Positions 60,779 to 64,000 of a DNA stretch of 64,000 nucleotides are shown one piece after another. The translations under genes were made by a program, and so were the position numbers. The notes under the pieces were generated by a model. It had not been told where the DNA came from. It saw only the letters and a program-made list of their open reading frames with translations, and did not search any database. Positions within the stretch are counted from its first letter, which is position 1. Every line of letters starts with the position of its first letter. The stretch spans positions 2,098,882 through 2,162,881 of the forward strand of contig MU004187.1 of assembly GCA_010093605.1 (NCBI GenBank), read 5' to 3'. Source of the DNA: Lophium mytilinum. Its lineage: Eukaryota.

Positions 60779-61564
60779 TTACCGGGTGACAGGTTCTTCT
60801 AGCGGCCATGTTCCGAGAGCTTTGTCCCTACCATTAGGTTGATAGTCCAGCTTCTGCGACTCCAGGACGCGCTTCTTCGTCTCCTGGTCAACTTTCACTT
60901 TCCAAGGCTGAGTGAGATTGTACCAATGGAGCTCTCGAAGAGAAGGTAGGAACTGTACGTCTCCAGCACAATAGGCGATGATGTCTTCCGATAACGGACG
61001 CGCATTGAAGACTTCGTACGAGCCTCCATTCGCAGGTTTGAAGAGCCGCTCCCCTTTCTCTTTCGCTAGTCGCCAGGACTGTCGCACTTGGGGTTCTAGG
61101 CCGTGGCTGTCAAGCTCAATGCATTTGGCAAGACCGCTCAAGAACTTCCGGGACCCGAAGCTCCGTGACGCATTCTCCATGAGCTGGACGTCTTCGATCC
61201 CCTGCAAACTGACGTTGAATTGGGCGTATAGAGCGTCAGAATCGTTGCGGACATCGAAGAATACTTTCGGAATATCCGGCGACTCTAATATACCCTTCAA
61301 GGTCATCCCATCTTTCCCGGGGGTGCTGAACGCAAGGCTACCGAGAGATTGGACGTCGATGAGGAATACGCGGTTCGGGGCTCTGGTCGCTTGCACCAAG
61401 AGCGTCACAAGGGAAATGGTCCCTTCACGGCAGAGATTGACCCCTTCGAGGTCGATGTATAAGGATGGCGGGCTTGTTGGTAATGTAAGGAGCTGGTCTA
61501 CAAGATTGGATACTCCAGCCGTAGAATCGATAAGGGTCGTTGAAGGAGCTGGAGCTGTTTGCAT
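60779..61564 (-). CDS. DEDDy 3'-5' exonuclease (DNA_pol_A_exo1 / EXD1-Egalitarian-like)
   Basis: YIDLEG (ExoI), KVFFDVRNDSDALY (ExoII), DVQLME, RPL..IIAYCAGDV (ExoIII); no introns. Confidence 0.9.
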   Translation of the reverse strand: MQTAPAPSTTLIDSTAGVSNLVDQLLTLPTSPPSLYIDLEGVNLCREGTISLVTLLVQATRAPNRVFLIDVQSLGSLAFSTPGKDGMTLKGILESPDIPKVFFDVRNDSDALYAQFNVSLQGIEDVQLMENASRSFGSRKFLSGLAKCIELDSHGLEPQVRQSWRLAKEKGERLFKPANGGSYEVFNARPLSEDIIAYCAGDVQFLPSLRELHWYNLTQPWKVKVDQETKKRVLESQKLDYQPNGRDKALGTWPLEEPVTR

Positions 61565-61926
61565 GTTAGGAATGTCGTGGGAGGTAGAGGTGACGACGAC
61601 TTACGAGATGCCATTACTTGAACTCAAAGATCCAGTAGGCCCTCTCAAACCTTGAACGTATGAAGAGCGTAGCCAAAATCCATCTAGGGATTGAGAAGTA
61701 AGTGATATACATGATAAGTTGCTGCTGCTGCCTGGTGCACAGATTTCTTGCACAAAGACCGCGCCGCACCAGCCACTTCAAACGTAAAGAAGTCTCTCCG
61801 GATCTTCTGACGTTCGCAACGATCGCGATATTTTCATGGAGCCCGGGGTTTCCCTTCCTCTTCCATTTCCATCTCAAGCCTCATTATTACTTTTAATGTT
61901 TCATCCCTTCATTCTCGGCTGTCTTG

Positions 61927-62780
61927 ATGGATCCTCTCAGCATCACGGCCTCGGTGGTGGGGTTGTTGATGGCTGCGGGGGTCGTCACAGCCTTCACGTC
62001 AAACGTACACGATGCACCACGGCTCGCACATGCAGTTCTCTGCGATGTAAATGATGTTCAAACCGCATCGAAAACCCTTCCTCAATTTCTTGTCCGCGTG
62101 GAGTCCGCACCCGAGAACCGAACCGCCCTTGTTCAGCTTGACCAGCTCATCACCTTGACGGAAGCTGTCTTCACATTTTCAAAGCTAGAGACTCTTGTGA
62201 TATCATTAACCATCTCGGTTTTCTCATCTCTGTCTGTTGTTTATACAGGCTCGCTTCAACCCTGCACCCCAAAGCGGCCCAACCCGCGAGCAACAAGCAC
62301 AGCCACCCTAAAAGGCTGACGATCGACAACCGCCATGCTCCTGGTTGCGTCTAGAGACGCAAATTAAGATGGTTTCCGAGGGGTATGAAACAAATCCTTC
62401 TCATTCTTTGGGTGGGTTTTGTTTCCTGCTCGTCTACATTCTCGATGTGAGTGCCGCCACACGAGATCGCTGACCGTCAAACAGACATCATGGTCATGAC
62501 TCCTTCCGAATCCGGCAACTAGCTCCAGGTCAATGGTATCGATTCTACATCTCCTGATCCTTACAGAAAACCTGTTCGAGGTCTGTCGGTAATGGACAGG
62601 TACGGTGCCCATCAGCGCGCCTGGAAAGCTCAGCGGGGACCGTTGCCGCGGCGTATGAAACGCGAATTTGATGTCATTACAGCGAGTTTGGTCGTGGTCA
62701 AAGAGTGCAGGATCTTGAAGCTACACTAGCACGCTGACGATCGTTAGGCACCGTAGTTCATTATGGTTCTGTTTTTAGTA
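61927..62780 (+). pseudogene. Truncated or degenerate HeLo-like fungal N-terminal-domain gene
   Basis: MDPLSITASVVGLL..DAPRLAHAVLCDVNDV..RTALVQLDQLITLTEAVFTFSKLE; ORF stops at 62319 and downstream frames are broken; 3' limit approximate. Confidence 0.55.
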
Positions 62781-63307
62781 AACCGCACCAACAGCCAAGC
62801 ACCTGCCAAGGACCCGCGCCAACAGCCAAGGACGTCGGATCAACGCCTTGCTAGAAACTGAGCACGGTTTGTTGGTTCTCGTGCCTGAAAGCTGATGTTC
62901 GATAGTTGCCGTGACACTGCTCGCTTCCGTATACAGTGAATAGTGATAAGTGCCAAGCGCTATGAAACGCTTTATATCCCATAAATCTAGGGATACTACG
63001 GAGGATGCTTGTCACGATCTGGCTGGTAGGAGTTCAAGCCTTTGCATTATCCCCATTTGCGATGTTGATCCTGGTGCAACTGAGAAAAGACTCGTCCTGG
63101 ATATCTACAAAGGAGATTATGGGGCCATCGAGTTCAAAGTAGGAGAGAGTTCAAATAAATGAGAACTATTTTTAACTTCAGAAGGGAAGATAAAAAGGGT
63201 TCACTTTACGTCGGTTTTGTTCCTCACAAAGTCGACCTCCTTTCTTATCTTTCTCCCCATCCTTCAGTAGCCATCCGCTCTTTGGCCTCTCCGTAAAGCC
63301 ATTCACC

Positions 63308-64000
63308 ATGTTATTGCTCGCCCCAATTGTACTCGGACTGTCCTTCTTCCGGCCTGTGTCGTCTGCTGAGATAACACCTACCCTCGACGACTGTATAACG
63401 GACGATCTTGGCCTGGCTGTAACCTATCCAATCCTCTTTACCCCGATCACAAACTATTGTGCTATGCAATTTAATCAAGGGCAACTCATTAATCGTCTCG
63501 AAGTTTGGAGCTCTGACCACCATGTCCGTGGCTTTCGAGTACATTACACCAACGGCGATACCACGACAATTGGAACCCAAACGAATGATTACCACGACTT
63601 AATCTGGGATGTCAATCAAGTATCCATACTAAGAGCCATCGGACAACAAGCTGGTGAAGAGTCTGGGCTGTACATCAAATTGACAGATGGGCGGGATTTG
63701 AAGGCAGGAGTTCCATCTAATTGGAAGGACGACAACGCCGGCACGCAGAGTCATGGCGCGCTGATTGGGCTTGGGGCCAAATTTGATGATGACAAGCCTT
63801 GGATTAAAGCGATCACTATCCAAACGCTCAAAGAGACATCCACGAATTCCCGTATCCACGACGTCGTATTTCACCCCTCAGTGGATGAGCTGAATGGTCG
63901 TAGTACCAACGCGTATGCTATCTATTCCGTCCACCAGATGCTCTAACCTTGGGCTGACATGGCACGTTACAGAGATCGAGGACTGGACCCACAAGCTCTC
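63308..64000 (+). CDS. Secreted protein with a jacalin-like beta-prism domain, possibly aerolysin/Dln1-like; runs off the window
   Basis: Signal peptide MLLLAPIVLGLSFFRPVSSA; INRLEVW..VRGFRVHYTNGDTTTIG..GLYIKLTDGRDLKAG..HGALIGLGA; intron 63913-63972, then frame open (ADRGLDPQAL). Confidence 0.6.

Overview
Eukaryotic, gene-dense window from a filamentous ascomycete (Pezizomycotina): GT-AG introns of about 45-120 nt with CTRAC/CTAAY-type branch sites, and one 50-N assembly gap. I can support about 25 protein-coding loci. Recognisable genes: O-methyltransferase, GH62 arabinofuranosidase, APC amino-acid permease, phytase, mitochondrial phosphate carrier, WDR8-like WD40, PAP2 phosphatase, RDH54, MDR reductase, dehydrin-like repeat protein, LSM7, Zn2Cys6 protein, GID7/WDR26, GH1, RmlD-like reductase, MYND protein, DEDDy exonuclease and a secreted jacalin/aerolysin-like protein. 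The stand-out is a seven-exon minus-strand gene (22158->17429) that I spliced by hand into one open frame of 4374 nt (1457 aa). It joins a HeLo-like fungal N-terminal domain, TPR-like repeats, the C-terminal XPC-binding and UBA domains of Rad23, and an HSPA12-type Hsp70 domain whose ATP-binding motifs are degenerate. This suggests (inference) an NTPase-less fungal immune receptor with integrated decoy domains. Small repeat families (a 75-bp tandem array with a remote inverted copy, and a ~120-bp MITE-like hairpin) are also present. I saw no tRNA, rRNA, CRISPR array or transposase. Family assignments come from motif recognition and memory of family consensus, not from database searches.
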